Positions 1 to 10,997 are shown, counted from the stretch's first letter. The stretch: DNA of 64,000 nt from Candidatus Brocadiia bacterium (GCA_046538485.1 JBKHIT010000008.1:42857-106856); one strand, 5' to 3'. Numbers and translations are program-made. Notes: a model not told the origin generated them from the letters alone.

Positions 1-128
1 TGGGCAGTGTCAACCACCCTTTTTTCCGTTTGATTTTGGGCGGGTCCCGTGTTACAAGAACCTTCTACTCGCCGTGTTTTGTTGTTTTTGGAAGACGAAT
101 ATTTCCGCAGTATCAAAGGAGTGTATTT

Positions 129-1280
129 ATGTCGGCAGATAAGGTGCGAATTGGCATAGTTGGTGTTGGCGGTATGGGTTCCGGACATTGTAACAGCTGC
201 CAGAAGGTCGATGAGGTGGAACTGACCGGTGTGGCCGATATTGACGAAGACCGTGCGAAGGAGATCGGTGAGAAATACGATGTCCCGTATTTCACCTCCC
301 ACGAAGAACTCCTGGAGGCGGATCTTGCCGACGCGCTCGTCGTTGCCACGCCTCATTACTTTCACCCACCCATCGCCATCGATGGTTTCAAAGCGGGCCT
401 TCATGTTCTGAGCGAAAAACCCATCGGCGTGCGCGTTGGATTCGCCGAGAAAATGGTCGAAGCCGCCGAAGAACACGATAAGATTTTCTGCGTGATGTTC
501 CAGCGCCGTACGGAATCAGCCGTGCGGAAAGCCCGCGAACTCGTTGAAGCCGGTGAGCTCGGTGAGATCCACCGCACGCTTCTGGTATCACCGGAATTTC
601 GCAGCCAGGCATATTATGATTCAGGGAGCTGGCGCGCCACATGGGCCGGCGAAGGGGGCGGACCAATGATGAACCAGGCCCCCCACATTATGGACATCTT
701 CATCCTGCTCGGCGGTATGCCCTCCCGGGTCAATGGAACAACAAAGACCTGGATGCATGACATCGAAGTGGAAGATCATGCGGATGCCACCCTCGAGTAT
801 GAAAACGGTGCGACCGGTTATTTCTATGTCTCCACGTGCGAACCCGGTCCCGGCCAGATCATCCAGGTTTGGGGCGAAAAAGGCAAACTCCAGTTTATCG
901 ATGGTCAGCTCAGTTTTGCCCGCTACAAAACCCCTGTGAGTGAATTCAGCCGAGAAAATACCGAGATGTGGGGTAAACCGGAGACTGAAATGGTCGACCT
1001 GGAACTGCCGGAATGCGATACGGGCCATCACGTGATTCTCAGGAACTTTGCCCGATCCATTCTTGAAGGCGAACCTTTGATTTCACCCGGAGAAGTTGGC
1101 GTGAACCAACTTGAACTGGCCAACGCCATCGCCCTCTCATCGAATAAAGGTGAAGCCGTCGATATCCCGATCGACCGGGAAGCGTTCAACGCCCTGATGG
1201 AAGAACTTGCCGCCACCTCAAGTTACGACGAGTCTCAGCAGGAAGTGCACCGAGAAACTGACCCCCAGTTTGACGCCTGA
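129..1280 (+). CDS. Gfo/Idh/MocA family oxidoreductase
   Basis: Rossmann motif GIVGVGGMG, ATPHYFH, HVLSEKP and GGGPMMNQAPH. The start was moved to the ATG at 129, which follows an AAGGAG SD. Confidence 0.9.
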   Translation: MSADKVRIGIVGVGGMGSGHCNSCQKVDEVELTGVADIDEDRAKEIGEKYDVPYFTSHEELLEADLADALVVATPHYFHPPIAIDGFKAGLHVLSEKPIGVRVGFAEKMVEAAEEHDKIFCVMFQRRTESAVRKARELVEAGELGEIHRTLLVSPEFRSQAYYDSGSWRATWAGEGGGPMMNQAPHIMDIFILLGGMPSRVNGTTKTWMHDIEVEDHADATLEYENGATGYFYVSTCEPGPGQIIQVWGEKGKLQFIDGQLSFARYKTPVSEFSRENTEMWGKPETEMVDLELPECDTGHHVILRNFARSILEGEPLISPGEVGVNQLELANAIALSSNKGEAVDIPIDREAFNALMEELAATSSYDESQQEVHRETDPQFDA

Positions 1281-1329
1281 GACTGTTATTGTTGAAACGG
1301 CGTGTCATTTTTTCTGAAGGAGGCCAAAA

Positions 1330-2358
1330 ATGGCTAAAATGAAAGCCGCAGTATGTCACGAACCATTCGACCTCACCATCGAGGAGGTTGACAAACCTGA
1401 GCCGGGCGAGAGCGAAGTCGTCGTGAAGGTAAAAGCTACAGGCGTCTGCGGATCGGATGTTGACGGCTATATCGGCAAACACCCCTGGATTGACCTGCCC
1501 ATGATACTCGGACACGAATGCAGCGGCGTTGTGGATACTGTCGGGCCGGATGTAACGAAATTTGAGCCCGGCGATCCCGTCGTGGTCGAGCCGTTTTTTG
1601 TCTGCGGTGAATGTCCGAATTGCCTCAAAGGCGACTACAACATGTGCCGGGATATCACGATTATCGGGCATCAGGTCGATGGCTCTTTTGCGGAGTATAT
1701 CCTGATGACAGAAAGGTTTTTGCATCCTCTGCCCGAGGCGGTGAGTTTTGAGGTAGGGGCGCTGGCCGAACCAATAAGCGGGGCCCTCCATGGCGTCGGG
1801 CGATGTAACCTGAACATTGGTGACTTTGTCGTTGTCCTGGGCTGCGGAACGATCGGTTATTTTTTGGTCCAACATGCGGTTAACAGTGGGGCCAAAGTAC
1901 TCGTCACGGAACCCGAAGATTACAAAAGAGAGGCCGCCCTGGCCGTCGGAGCCGAATGGGTTCTCGACCCCACATCCGAATCCGTCGAAGATAAGGTAAT
2001 GGAAATCAGCGACGGGATAGGTGCCGATTGTGTGATGGAAGCCGTTGGTATCCAGGAAACAATCGGAAAAACCGTCTCCCTGGCCCGCAAGGGAGGAACC
2101 ATTCTGCTCATGGGCTGGACCGGCAATGAAACAGACGATTTCGACTGCACGAATATGACATTGGACGAAATGACCGTGCTCGGCACGATGGGATTTGCTT
2201 TCGATTTCCCCGTTACGCTCGACCTTCTGGCGCGCGATAAAGTCGATGCCGAACGTATTATCACCCACCGTTTTCCTCTCGATGAAGCCGAGGAAGCCCT
2301 CGAAACGCTTCACGAAAAACGGGACAATGTCTGGAAAGCCGCCCTCATCTTCGATTGA
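1330..2358 (+). CDS. Zn-dependent (MDR) alcohol/polyol dehydrogenase
   Basis: GVCGSD, GHECSG, structural Zn motif CGECPNC..C and VLGCGTIG; AAGGAGG SD. Confidence 0.9.
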   Translation: MAKMKAAVCHEPFDLTIEEVDKPEPGESEVVVKVKATGVCGSDVDGYIGKHPWIDLPMILGHECSGVVDTVGPDVTKFEPGDPVVVEPFFVCGECPNCLKGDYNMCRDITIIGHQVDGSFAEYILMTERFLHPLPEAVSFEVGALAEPISGALHGVGRCNLNIGDFVVVLGCGTIGYFLVQHAVNSGAKVLVTEPEDYKREAALAVGAEWVLDPTSESVEDKVMEISDGIGADCVMEAVGIQETIGKTVSLARKGGTILLMGWTGNETDDFDCTNMTLDEMTVLGTMGFAFDFPVTLDLLARDKVDAERIITHRFPLDEAEEALETLHEKRDNVWKAALIFD

Positions 2359-2567
2359 TCTCCCGGCACATTCCGAAGCGCCCGTTTAACGGGCTCTCCG
2401 ATTGTCCCGGCTTTGTTCCACGCGGCTTGGCCGCCGGATATCCGGCGTAATTGAGGCAGGCAAACGTTCGGAAATGGCAGGTAGCTGTAGGTCCACATCG
2501 CCGAGGCGGAACTGCCGTTGGTCGTTCTGCTGTTTTGCTCCGAGACCGAAAGTCCCAACAGACGCGA

Positions 2568-2611
2568 CCGCGTTCTGAACTCCAGCCTCCGGCTGAAGTC
2601 CAGTCCGCTCA
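2568..2611. repeat. REP-like palindrome family A, copy 1
   Basis: cgcgttctgaactccagcc-N-ggctgaagtccagtccgctca; near-identical copies at 24829, 39188, 40901, 61874 and 62417. Confidence 0.85.
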
Positions 2612-2731
2612 TATGCCAGTGCCGATGATAAAAAATCGGCTGCACATCGCACTTACAAAAATCTCCGCACGAACGTGCCTTGCCAGCGCAAACCGCTGGC
2701 TTTGCAATGCGTGCGGGATAGCGATCATATT

Positions 2732-3595
2732 TTATTTCATAAACGGGCTGAACGGGCTGATAAACCATAAGAACAAACCCAGAAGGACCAAAAGAATAAG
2801 ACAACACCAGCTGGCGTGTCTTCGTTCCCGATCCTCTTTCTGGGCCTGAGTTTCGACAGGTTCCTCCCGGGACTTCCTCTTTTCTTCTTTCTGCCTTTGC
2901 TTCTCACACCGTTGAAGATTTCGATACAGGCAGATGTTCACGGTGAGGCCAAACGGCACTCCAAGCAAGATCAAGAGCGAAAACCACGCATCTGTCAGCC
3001 CGATATGGATATAGCGGAGGAACATCGTCGGGATTAACACAACAAGGCCGGCGGCGGCAAGAATAACAAGAAGGGCCAGAACCCGCCAGAAATTCGGACG
3101 GATCAGCTCCTGGCTACGCTTGAGCGCTCTCCCGGCCCGTCGCCGGCCAAGAACGCTTTCGCAAGGTCCCAGAATGTATACAACCCCCAGATAGATCCCG
3201 GGAATAATCAGCAATAAATATCCGACTGCAATTGCAAGGAGATACACCAGAGAGCAGACGAAGTAGTCCCACCAGTACCCCAAACCGCTTTTCAGTGCTT
3301 CCAAAACGTTGGGCGTCTTGTTCTCGCGCCGCGCAGCGTCAATTGCCACGATCAGCGAAGCAGACACCCAACAGAGCAATAATCTCTGGATCAGAAAAAC
3401 GCCGAATTTGGAGCCGATGCCTGGCCAGTCGCTCACGGGAACGATCCTGGAGCTGGCCCGGCCCAACGCATAAATAGCAGCTCCCACCAGTGATATTTTC
3501 AGGAGAGTCGCCCAGTGTGTCAGGAATATGGTCACTGCTTCCCGTATAATCCCTATGACGTCAATCTTACGCGACGGAAACTCTTTTTCGTTCAT
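2732..3595 (-). CDS. Hypothetical multi-pass membrane protein
   Basis: About 6-7 hydrophobic segments; the LLIIPGIYL and ALKRSQELIR.NFWR patterns are typical of uncharacterised membrane families. Confidence 0.7.
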   Translation of the reverse strand: MNEKEFPSRKIDVIGIIREAVTIFLTHWATLLKISLVGAAIYALGRASSRIVPVSDWPGIGSKFGVFLIQRLLLCWVSASLIVAIDAARRENKTPNVLEALKSGLGYWWDYFVCSLVYLLAIAVGYLLLIIPGIYLGVVYILGPCESVLGRRRAGRALKRSQELIRPNFWRVLALLVILAAAGLVVLIPTMFLRYIHIGLTDAWFSLLILLGVPFGLTVNICLYRNLQRCEKQRQKEEKRKSREEPVETQAQKEDRERRHASWCCLILLVLLGLFLWFISPFSPFMK

Positions 3596-3798
3596 AATAA
3601 TTCCTGCCCCACAATCTTTGACGATCCTCCGGTAGCATAATATCCCAAAGCGAAGCCGTTTGAAAATGCAATCGATGCTACCACGCAGGAGTTACAGTCC
3701 GATTTCTTAAGCGGTATTTGGGGAATTTGTCAGAAAGAAAGCGTTCTCCGGCGGCTTGCCAGAACGCCCCTGTTCAGCCTGACGTCCGGGCCAAATAG

Positions 3799-3837
3799 GT
3801 TATTGCGAGGCCGGCGTTCGGCGCGGCGGAGCAATCC
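3799..3837. repeat. Half copy of a GTCATTGCGAG-type palindromic repeat
   Basis: gttattgcgagg...gcaatcc matches the left half of the element at 45305-45398. Confidence 0.5.
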
Positions 3838-4054
3838 TTCTGGGCCACGGTTGGTTTACCCCATCCGGCTTCTGTTTTTCTTTCAGTCAATCGGTTCCCC
3901 TCTGGAGCCAGGCACCCCGATAGCCATGCAATGTGCGTTCGCTCCTGATCAGCCAGGATGAGAACAGAGCCCCCCGCGGGGGGCGATTCAGACGAGATAT
4001 TCCCCCTCGCACTTTATCGCGAGTTTACCGAAAGCGCCCCATATTGCGGGCAGC

Positions 4055-4981
4055 CTACGGCGCTTCCTTCGGGCAGTAAAGATTAACGTACCGCATTTCG
4101 CTGTCCCTCTCCAGTATCAGATCGGCTCGTTCGCGGGTCGACGCGCACAATTCGTAATTGGGCCTGTCAACCCGCTCGAAATGTCGACGCGCATCCTCAG
4201 GATCCCGGCCGCCGCGGATGTGCCGCTGGATGATCCTGGATTTGATTGCCTCAAAAGGGGTATCAAGAAAAAGCGACACATCAAGATAATCGGCCACAGA
4301 AGCCCATTCCTCACCCCCGAACAGCAAAAAATTGCCTTCCACAAGGGCAATCGAATGCTCCGGTCGGACGGGAACGCGGGAACGGACGGGTTCATGCAGC
4401 TCACGGTCGTAAGCGGGGACATCAATGGAATCCCCCTTCGAAACTTCTCGCAAAACATTTACGAACGACCGAACATCGAATGTTTCAGGCCTGCCCTTAA
4501 GTTCCTGCAGCCCGTGCTCGGCAAGCCATTCATTGGAACGATGAAATCCGTCTAATGACATCATAGCGACGGCATCATCTGAACCAAGCAACACATCGAT
4601 AACGCGTTTGAGGAGTGAACAAAAAACAGATTTGCCTCCGCCCGGTGGGCCTGCAATCCCCACCAACCTGCGGCCCGGATTGGCGTCAATGTTGCACAAA
4701 CCGAGAGCCAGAGGAAGAATAAAACGCCACATCTCAACACGGGTCGTTTTGCATTCGATCTCGCGCCCATCCACATCCATTCGGCACGATGGGCAGAACT
4801 TTTCAACGCGTGGGAAGCCGTCCAGCAGGCTTTTGTCCGATGGGGAAACGATGAGGGGCGCCCGGGCAAGCACTTTCAGTGTCCGCCGAAGGTTAATATC
4901 ATTCAAAACTTTCGATTTGAGTTTCCCGGAAAGCTCACCTCCATCGGCCAGCATTTTCAGGCGAGACCCCAGCTGCGTCAT
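4055..4981 (-). CDS. P-loop nucleoside/pantothenate kinase-like protein (YggC/FrcK-like) with an N-terminal extension
   Basis: GIAGPPGGGKS, SLDGFH, KGRPETFD, PAYDRELHEP and VEGNFLL; start taken at ATG 4981. Confidence 0.8.
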   Translation of the reverse strand: MTQLGSRLKMLADGGELSGKLKSKVLNDINLRRTLKVLARAPLIVSPSDKSLLDGFPRVEKFCPSCRMDVDGREIECKTTRVEMWRFILPLALGLCNIDANPGRRLVGIAGPPGGGKSVFCSLLKRVIDVLLGSDDAVAMMSLDGFHRSNEWLAEHGLQELKGRPETFDVRSFVNVLREVSKGDSIDVPAYDRELHEPVRSRVPVRPEHSIALVEGNFLLFGGEEWASVADYLDVSLFLDTPFEAIKSRIIQRHIRGGRDPEDARRHFERVDRPNYELCASTRERADLILERDSEMRYVNLYCPKEAP

Positions 4982-5021
4982 ACGTTTGACTCCCAAAAAC
5001 CAGAACGATTTCTCGCGTGGT

Positions 5022-6098
5022 TTAATCCCGGGACAGCAGTTCGTCGGCCGTGTCGGGGTCGAGATTTTTTGCAATTTCGGTCAGCAATTCCAGCGTCGCA
5101 TCGAAATCATCTACGTGGATGATGCCTGCGTGGCTGTGGATGTAGCGGGTGGGAATCCCCAGCACCACGCTGGCAACGCCTCTTGAATGGAGCTGGACCG
5201 CCCGCGCATCAGTCGCTCCCCCTTCAATGAGACTCAGCTGATGCGGGATTTCTTTCTCCTCTGCGATTTCCAGGACAAAATCGCGGAATCGTTTATGGGA
5301 AATCGTCCCGGCATCCAGCATATACAAAATTGGTCCCTTCCCGAGCTCTACTTTCGCCTCGTTTTCAATGCCCGGCACGTCGGTGGCAATTCCCACATCA
5401 AGCACGACACAGAAATCGGGATCGACCACGTCCGCCGATGTCTCGGCCCCGCGCGTCCCCACTTCCTCCTGGACCGTGCCGACACCGCAGACGGTATTGG
5501 GGTGCTCGATTTCCTGGAGATCTTTCAGCAGCTCAATCATGAGTGCGCAGCCGACCCGGTCGTCCCAGGCTTTCCCCAGGAGATAATTCTCATTCGCCAT
5601 CTGACAGAATTGCTGCCGCGGGATGACAGGGTCGCCAATACGCACACCCCGCTCCTCGGCATCCTTTTTGTCCCTCGCTCCCACGTCGATAAACATTTGT
5701 TTCTTCTTGATAAGCTTTTCGCGGTCCTCTTTGGGCATCATATGAGGCGGGGTACATCCGATAACACCCGGAATTTTGCCGTTGCGCGTGTGAACGACCA
5801 CGTCGTGGCTCAACATGACCTGTTCGAGCCACCCGCCGAGCGTTGCAAACCGCAGACACCCGGTTTCGTCGATATCCTTAACAACAAACCCCACTTCGTC
5901 CATATGGGCCGGAATCATAATGGACGGTTTGTCCTCGGTGCCTCTTTTACGACAGACCAGGCTGCCGAGATTGTCATTTTCGAATTCTACGGCACCTTTC
6001 AGCTCGGATTTGACACGGTTTCGCACCTCCGTCTCGAAACCCGAAACACCGTCCATTTCACTGAGTGTTTTGAGCAATTCGAGTGTGCTATCCTTCAT
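5022..6098 (-). CDS. M42 family metallo-aminopeptidase
   Basis: GVSGFE, AHMDEVG, GKAWDDRVG, VQEEVGTRGA, GATDA and PTRYIHS. Confidence 0.93.
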   Translation of the reverse strand: MKDSTLELLKTLSEMDGVSGFETEVRNRVKSELKGAVEFENDNLGSLVCRKRGTEDKPSIMIPAHMDEVGFVVKDIDETGCLRFATLGGWLEQVMLSHDVVVHTRNGKIPGVIGCTPPHMMPKEDREKLIKKKQMFIDVGARDKKDAEERGVRIGDPVIPRQQFCQMANENYLLGKAWDDRVGCALMIELLKDLQEIEHPNTVCGVGTVQEEVGTRGAETSADVVDPDFCVVLDVGIATDVPGIENEAKVELGKGPILYMLDAGTISHKRFRDFVLEIAEEKEIPHQLSLIEGGATDARAVQLHSRGVASVVLGIPTRYIHSHAGIIHVDDFDATLELLTEIAKNLDPDTADELLSRD

Positions 6099-6332
6099 TA
6101 TTTCTTCTCCTGCGGCAAAAAAAAAGGTCAGTATCCCACAACCTGTTCTGTAAACTCGTCGGGGACTACGTCCGGTGAGTCGCGCTATTATAAGACCCGT
6201 TGCGGCAATGTAAAATGCTTATCAGTAAATTGGCAGCAACCGGTTCTTGGGGACAAAAAGGCAAATCTTGAGCCGCGCGCAACGTGAACGGTCTCAGTAT
6301 CGCTCCATTATCGCAAGCCTGGAAAACATTTT

Positions 6333-7799
6333 TTATGTTTCTTCCAGGTAGGGATTTTCCCCGTCGAGAAAGTGAATTTTCAGCATGTCTGTGCCGCCCG
6401 GGGTATTTGTTGATGCGCCGGCGATACAGACCATCGTATCTCCTATCTCGGCCATACCCAGTTCCAACAACCGAGCTTCCCCCCGCTCGATCATCTCATC
6501 GGTGTTTCCGAAGATGGAAAACAATACCGGATGCACGCCCCAGACAAGACTCATACGACGAAATGTCGTTTCCTCGGGAGTCAGAGCGTAGATCGGCTGC
6601 GAAGGCCTTTGCTGGGAGACAAACTGTGCCGTCCTGCCCGTTATGGTAAAAGCAACGATACCCTCTGCATTGATTTTTGTCGAAACATTCCGTGCCGCTT
6701 GTGCAAGAGCAAACTGCTGGGCCGTATCACTTTCGTCCCTTTCCAGTTCGTCAAAATCGCACTGAACTTCCTCCAATGCTTCCGCCTTCTCAGCAATGCG
6801 TGCCATAACACGAATCGTGACCACAGGGCGGTCCCCTATCGCGGTCTCACCACTCAACATAACGGCGTCGGTGCCGTCCAAAATGGCATTGGCCACATCC
6901 GTTGCCTCGGCCCGCGTCGGACGGTTCTGGTGAATCATCGATTCCAGCATCTGCGTCGCTGTGATAACCGGGACGCCGTGCAGATTTGCACGGCGGATGA
7001 TTTGTTTTTGGACGATAGGGACTGTTTCGATCGGCATCTCAATACCCAGATCGCCCCTCGCCACCATGACCCCGTCGGCAACGCCCAGTATGTCGTCCAA
7101 TTCTTCGACAGCTTCCGGACGTTCGATCTTCGCCACGATTGGAATCGGCCCGATGTTCTCGGATTCCATGTGCTGGCGAAGGCGCTCAATATCCTCGGCT
7201 CGTCGTACAAAACTCAATGCCACATAATCAACGTGGTGGTCACGAGCAAACTGCAGGTCTTCCAGGTCTTTCTCGGTCGGTGGCGAGACCGAAAGATCGA
7301 CATCGGGCAGGTTCATGCCTTCATGGGGGCCCAGTCTTCCCCCTTCAACGACGCGGCAAGTCACGGCGGGAGGATTCACTTCCGTTACTTCCAGCTCAAT
7401 AAATCCATCCCGCAAAAGAATCCGATCACCAACTTCCGCGTCCTCAGCCAGATCCTCGTAGATGGTGGCAATTCTCTCAGCGGTCCCCTCAAAGTCTCCG
7501 GATTCGATCGTTACTGAACTGTTTGCTTCGAGTTCGACATACTCACTGTGCAGTTCACCGGTGCGGATTCTGGGGCCCTGCAGATCCTGCATAACAGCGA
7601 TTGGACGGTTTTCTTCCTCTGCCGCATCGCGGATTTTTTCCAGCATTTCGGCATGCCACTGGCGTGTTCCGTGGGAAAAATTGAGCCGGAACACAGCTGC
7701 GCCCGCTTTTATCATCTGCCTGAGGACGGCCGTCGATTCGCAGGCCGGTCCAACGGTAGCAACAATTTTCGTGCGTCGCCCCTGTTTTTTCTGAACCAT
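6333..7799 (-). CDS. pyk: Pyruvate kinase
   Basis: RRTKIVATVGPA, RLNFSHG, DLQGPRIRTG, AKIER, MVARGDLG, ATQMLESM and MLSGETA. Confidence 0.97.
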   Translation of the reverse strand: MVQKKQGRRTKIVATVGPACESTAVLRQMIKAGAAVFRLNFSHGTRQWHAEMLEKIRDAAEEENRPIAVMQDLQGPRIRTGELHSEYVELEANSSVTIESGDFEGTAERIATIYEDLAEDAEVGDRILLRDGFIELEVTEVNPPAVTCRVVEGGRLGPHEGMNLPDVDLSVSPPTEKDLEDLQFARDHHVDYVALSFVRRAEDIERLRQHMESENIGPIPIVAKIERPEAVEELDDILGVADGVMVARGDLGIEMPIETVPIVQKQIIRRANLHGVPVITATQMLESMIHQNRPTRAEATDVANAILDGTDAVMLSGETAIGDRPVVTIRVMARIAEKAEALEEVQCDFDELERDESDTAQQFALAQAARNVSTKINAEGIVAFTITGRTAQFVSQQRPSQPIYALTPEETTFRRMSLVWGVHPVLFSIFGNTDEMIERGEARLLELGMAEIGDTMVCIAGASTNTPGGTDMLKIHFLDGENPYLEET

Positions 7800-7800
7800 T

Positions 7801-9054
7801 CTATTTCTCAATTTTGCTGGACAAGAACTGGATAGCGCGATCCCATTGATCTTTGCGGGCACGTTCCAGTTTCTCTCGCCATTTTTTTGCCGCTTCTAAA
7901 CTTTGTTCCTGGGATGGAGGAGCAATTTCTCCTACAACGATATCCGGCTCAATGCCGTCGCCGATGGTCCTGTTCTTACCCGCGGTATAATGGGCAACCG
8001 TCAACATCATACCGGAACCATCGGGAAGGACAAAAATCCGGTTGACCGCTCCCTTGCCGAAAGTTTTCGCCCCGATCAACGTCGCACGGCCGTGATCCTG
8101 AAGCGCCCCGCCCATTACTTCCGAAGCACTGGCGCTCCGATTATTGACCAGAATGGCTATGGGAATCTCATCCGTAACCATAGTCTCACTGGAAGCTTTG
8201 AACGTTTTCGTCTCGTCACTCACCCGGCTGTCCAGGCTGGCAATTACGCCGCTACTGAGAAACAGATCGCAGATATCAACCGCCGCGCTGAGCAAACCAC
8301 CGCTGTTACCACGCAGATCGATCAGAATGGCTCCCCACTTTTCTGCTTTCTTAAAATCTCTCAGAGCCTTTTTTACATCTTCCACGCAATGTTCATCAAA
8401 TTGCTTCAGCTCGATATAACCGATTCCCTTTTCAAGCATGCGCGATTTAACGCTATCGACCCGGATTTTTTCGCGCTTCAGGGAAACGACTTCTTCCTTT
8501 CCTTTTTCGACGCGGCGAATATTGAGCGTCAGTTCTGTCCCAACTTTCCCACGAATCCTGGCAATCATCTCCTCAAAACTCATCTCAGATGTGGATTGGC
8601 CATTGACACCAATAATGGCATCGCCTACCTGTATGTTGGCTTTTTCAGCGGGGCTCTCGGGCTGGGTTTCCATCACGACTCCGCCACCGTTCTGCGGAGT
8701 CACGATAATGCCTATACCCCCGAATTCGCCTTCTGTGATAACCTCACTGTTTCTGACCTGGAAATCGCTCAGGTACGCGCTGAACGGATCGTTGAGGCTC
8801 TGAACCATGCCTCGCATTGCCGCTTCATAAAGCTCATCCTGGGCGGTTTCTCCAGCGTAATGGCGTGGGATGGTTTTGAGAGCGGTGCTGAAAGCCGTTG
8901 CCTTCTTCTCGAGTTCTGAAGAGGGGGTCCTGACCAAAATGAGACGAACTATCAGCCCCAGAGACAGGAAGGCCAGCAGCAAACTGAGCAGCGGAAGGTG
9001 GCGGTAACGGGAAACTCCCCCTTCCGATTGTGGATCATCCGACATGGGCCTCAT
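7801..9054 (-). CDS. S41 carboxyl-terminal processing protease (CtpA-like) with PDZ domain
   Basis: N-terminal TM, LNDPFSAY, GEFGGIGI, DLRGNSGG, SASASEV and KTFGKG. Confidence 0.93.
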   Translation of the reverse strand: MRPMSDDPQSEGGVSRYRHLPLLSLLLAFLSLGLIVRLILVRTPSSELEKKATAFSTALKTIPRHYAGETAQDELYEAAMRGMVQSLNDPFSAYLSDFQVRNSEVITEGEFGGIGIIVTPQNGGGVVMETQPESPAEKANIQVGDAIIGVNGQSTSEMSFEEMIARIRGKVGTELTLNIRRVEKGKEEVVSLKREKIRVDSVKSRMLEKGIGYIELKQFDEHCVEDVKKALRDFKKAEKWGAILIDLRGNSGGLLSAAVDICDLFLSSGVIASLDSRVSDETKTFKASSETMVTDEIPIAILVNNRSASASEVMGGALQDHGRATLIGAKTFGKGAVNRIFVLPDGSGMMLTVAHYTAGKNRTIGDGIEPDIVVGEIAPPSQEQSLEAAKKWREKLERARKDQWDRAIQFLSSKIEK

Positions 9055-9761
9055 CCATCAGGAGTCTCGGGAACGTGGGAATAATCCTGCCCGGAGAAAA
9101 GGACTCGGCTCAACCGAGCACCATCCTCTCGGTTGATCACGTAGAGCTCGTAAGATCCTTTCTGCAATTCGATCCCGCTTTCACCGGCAAGTTCGAGCCA
9201 ATGCCACCATTTCTTCGTCCCGTCGGTTACCATAAAGCTCTGTCCCTTTTCCTCTGTTTTTTCCCGGAGTGAGAAATCGAAAGAATTCGCGCAGGAATCT
9301 TCCCACCAGACTCTAACCCAGGGGTAATACGTCCCGGATTCTTCGACTTCAAAGGTGTATTTCGCTTTGTGAACCGCAGGATCATCACCTTCGCCGCATG
9401 TGTTGTCTTTGACATAGACAAATTCCACCGTGGCCTGCGTCCCCTCCGGGGTAAGTTCGTCCTTATTATCGTCCGCTTTCGCGATTTCCATTTTCCCGTG
9501 GAGGGATTCGGCATCGGCCGCCTTGATAAGAATTCTGGAAGACGGCTGGAATTGATCCCATCCTGAGAGATCCGGGGCGTCGCTGTTATTTTTTTCCCCG
9601 GGAGCGTTCTCATTGCCAGAAAGATCTGCCACCGCATTACCCCCGTTCCTGTCAGTACTCGGGCCCCCTGTGAAAGCCAGCACAAACACCACAATAATAA
9701 CAGCAACAATCCCCCCAAGGGTGACCGGTGAAAAACTCTTATTATTTCCTCGCTCGGACAT
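9051..9761 (-). CDS. Membrane-anchored protein with a CBM-like beta-sandwich domain
   Basis: N-terminal TM; the W.RV.W...C.NS / W.WL / REDG pattern is shared with the ORF at 17523; overlaps the ctpA start by 4 nt. Confidence 0.65.
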   Translation of the reverse strand: MSERGNNKSFSPVTLGGIVAVIIVVFVLAFTGGPSTDRNGGNAVADLSGNENAPGEKNNSDAPDLSGWDQFQPSSRILIKAADAESLHGKMEIAKADDNKDELTPEGTQATVEFVYVKDNTCGEGDDPAVHKAKYTFEVEESGTYYPWVRVWWEDSCANSFDFSLREKTEEKGQSFMVTDGTKKWWHWLELAGESGIELQKGSYELYVINREDGARLSRVLFSGQDYSHVPETPDG

Positions 9762-10023
9762 CTCAACATCTCCCGGCGTTCTGTGGATCCAGCATGAATT
9801 CAGAAAATAAACTCCCCCGAGATTCGGCATCCAATCTATAATAATGTTACCAGACCCACCAGCAGGGGGCAAACGCCGTCCTGCAAGCAAGAACGCCGCG
9901 TATCTACACATTCATGGTATTTCTTTGATGAGGAAACTATCAGCCGCCATAGTCCTCACTTACCCACATGCCGAGGGCCCCGCGGCGTAAAAAATGGCCT
10001 CTGGGAGAGATGAAGGCAGACGA

Positions 10024-10791
10024 TCACCAGTAAATCCCATAGGACGTACCCGCGCCAAAGCGGAACCGTAGTTGTACCTCGGAGTGGTTCTTCCACTCGG
10101 CGTGAAGATCGGCGTAGAGGTAATTCGCCCCCAGGTCCTTCCTGTGCATCGGCAGGCGTCCGGCGAACCAAAAACGGTTCAGGTACGGGGTCGGACAACG
10201 GTACGTGCCGTTCTTATCCGGCGGCACAGAATAACCATCGTAAGCAATCGGTTGTTGTGTCGCCCGTTCAATGAAAGCCCCACCGAAGGTATCCCCCAGC
10301 ATCCTGAAACTCGGAAGCGGACGCGCCGCTCCCCCCCGCATGCGCCACCCGTAGAACTCCGCGCTCATCCCGTGGTCGGGACCGTGTCCCAGAATGGTAT
10401 AGTAAGATGACATCACCGCACCGTTCCCCCGGAGCCCTCCTATGGGGTCCCCCATATCATTGCTCGCAGTGTGGGTCGGCTCGGTATCCGTCGGGCACCG
10501 GAATACCTCATCACTGCTGAAATAGCTGTCAAGGGGCTGATAGCTGGTGGGAGAATTGCAGCTGCGGTATCCGGCCGGCGCCTGGACGGGGTTCGCAAGG
10601 TACGGCCCCCAGCTATTATAATCGTCAGAATATGCCATCTGCCCCAGGCCCATCTGGTGAAGGTTGCTGAGGCATGCGGCGCGATATGCACTCCGACGCG
10701 CCTTCTCAAGGGCCGGCATAAGGAGCGCCGCCAATATAGCTATAATGGCAATAACCACCAACAACTCGATCAGAGTGAAACCTCGCGTCAT
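10024..10791 (-). CDS. Prepilin-type N-terminal cleavage/methylation protein (DUF1559 / H-X9-DG-like)
   Basis: [28 protein letters not shown]....C.SNL.Q, F.CP.D, and C-terminal H....[10 protein letters not shown]. Confidence 0.9.
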   Translation of the reverse strand: MTRGFTLIELLVVIAIIAILAALLMPALEKARRSAYRAACLSNLHQMGLGQMAYSDDYNSWGPYLANPVQAPAGYRSCNSPTSYQPLDSYFSSDEVFRCPTDTEPTHTASNDMGDPIGGLRGNGAVMSSYYTILGHGPDHGMSAEFYGWRMRGGAARPLPSFRMLGDTFGGAFIERATQQPIAYDGYSVPPDKNGTYRCPTPYLNRFWFAGRLPMHRKDLGANYLYADLHAEWKNHSEVQLRFRFGAGTSYGIYW

Positions 10792-10997
10792 CGCGTTCCT
10801 CCCAATACCCTCCCTGCTATGCAACATATTGTCCGCCCGTGTGCCGAACCCGCAGAACACGGCTTCCAGTACCAGAGATACCCCTCCCAAAAGCGTCTAT
10901 TTCGCGTAATCAAGTCCTGCCTCGGGATGATCATCATGATGCACAGTCCCTTCGAATTTGTCAAACGTTCTTTTTCCTTACCACAGGGCAAAAGGCT

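Noticed and set aside
3600..4050. Possible RNase P, tmRNA, SRP or tRNA gene
   Set aside because: No GAGGAAAGTCC, tRNA-like ends, T-loop or SRP loop motif was found on either strand by eye.
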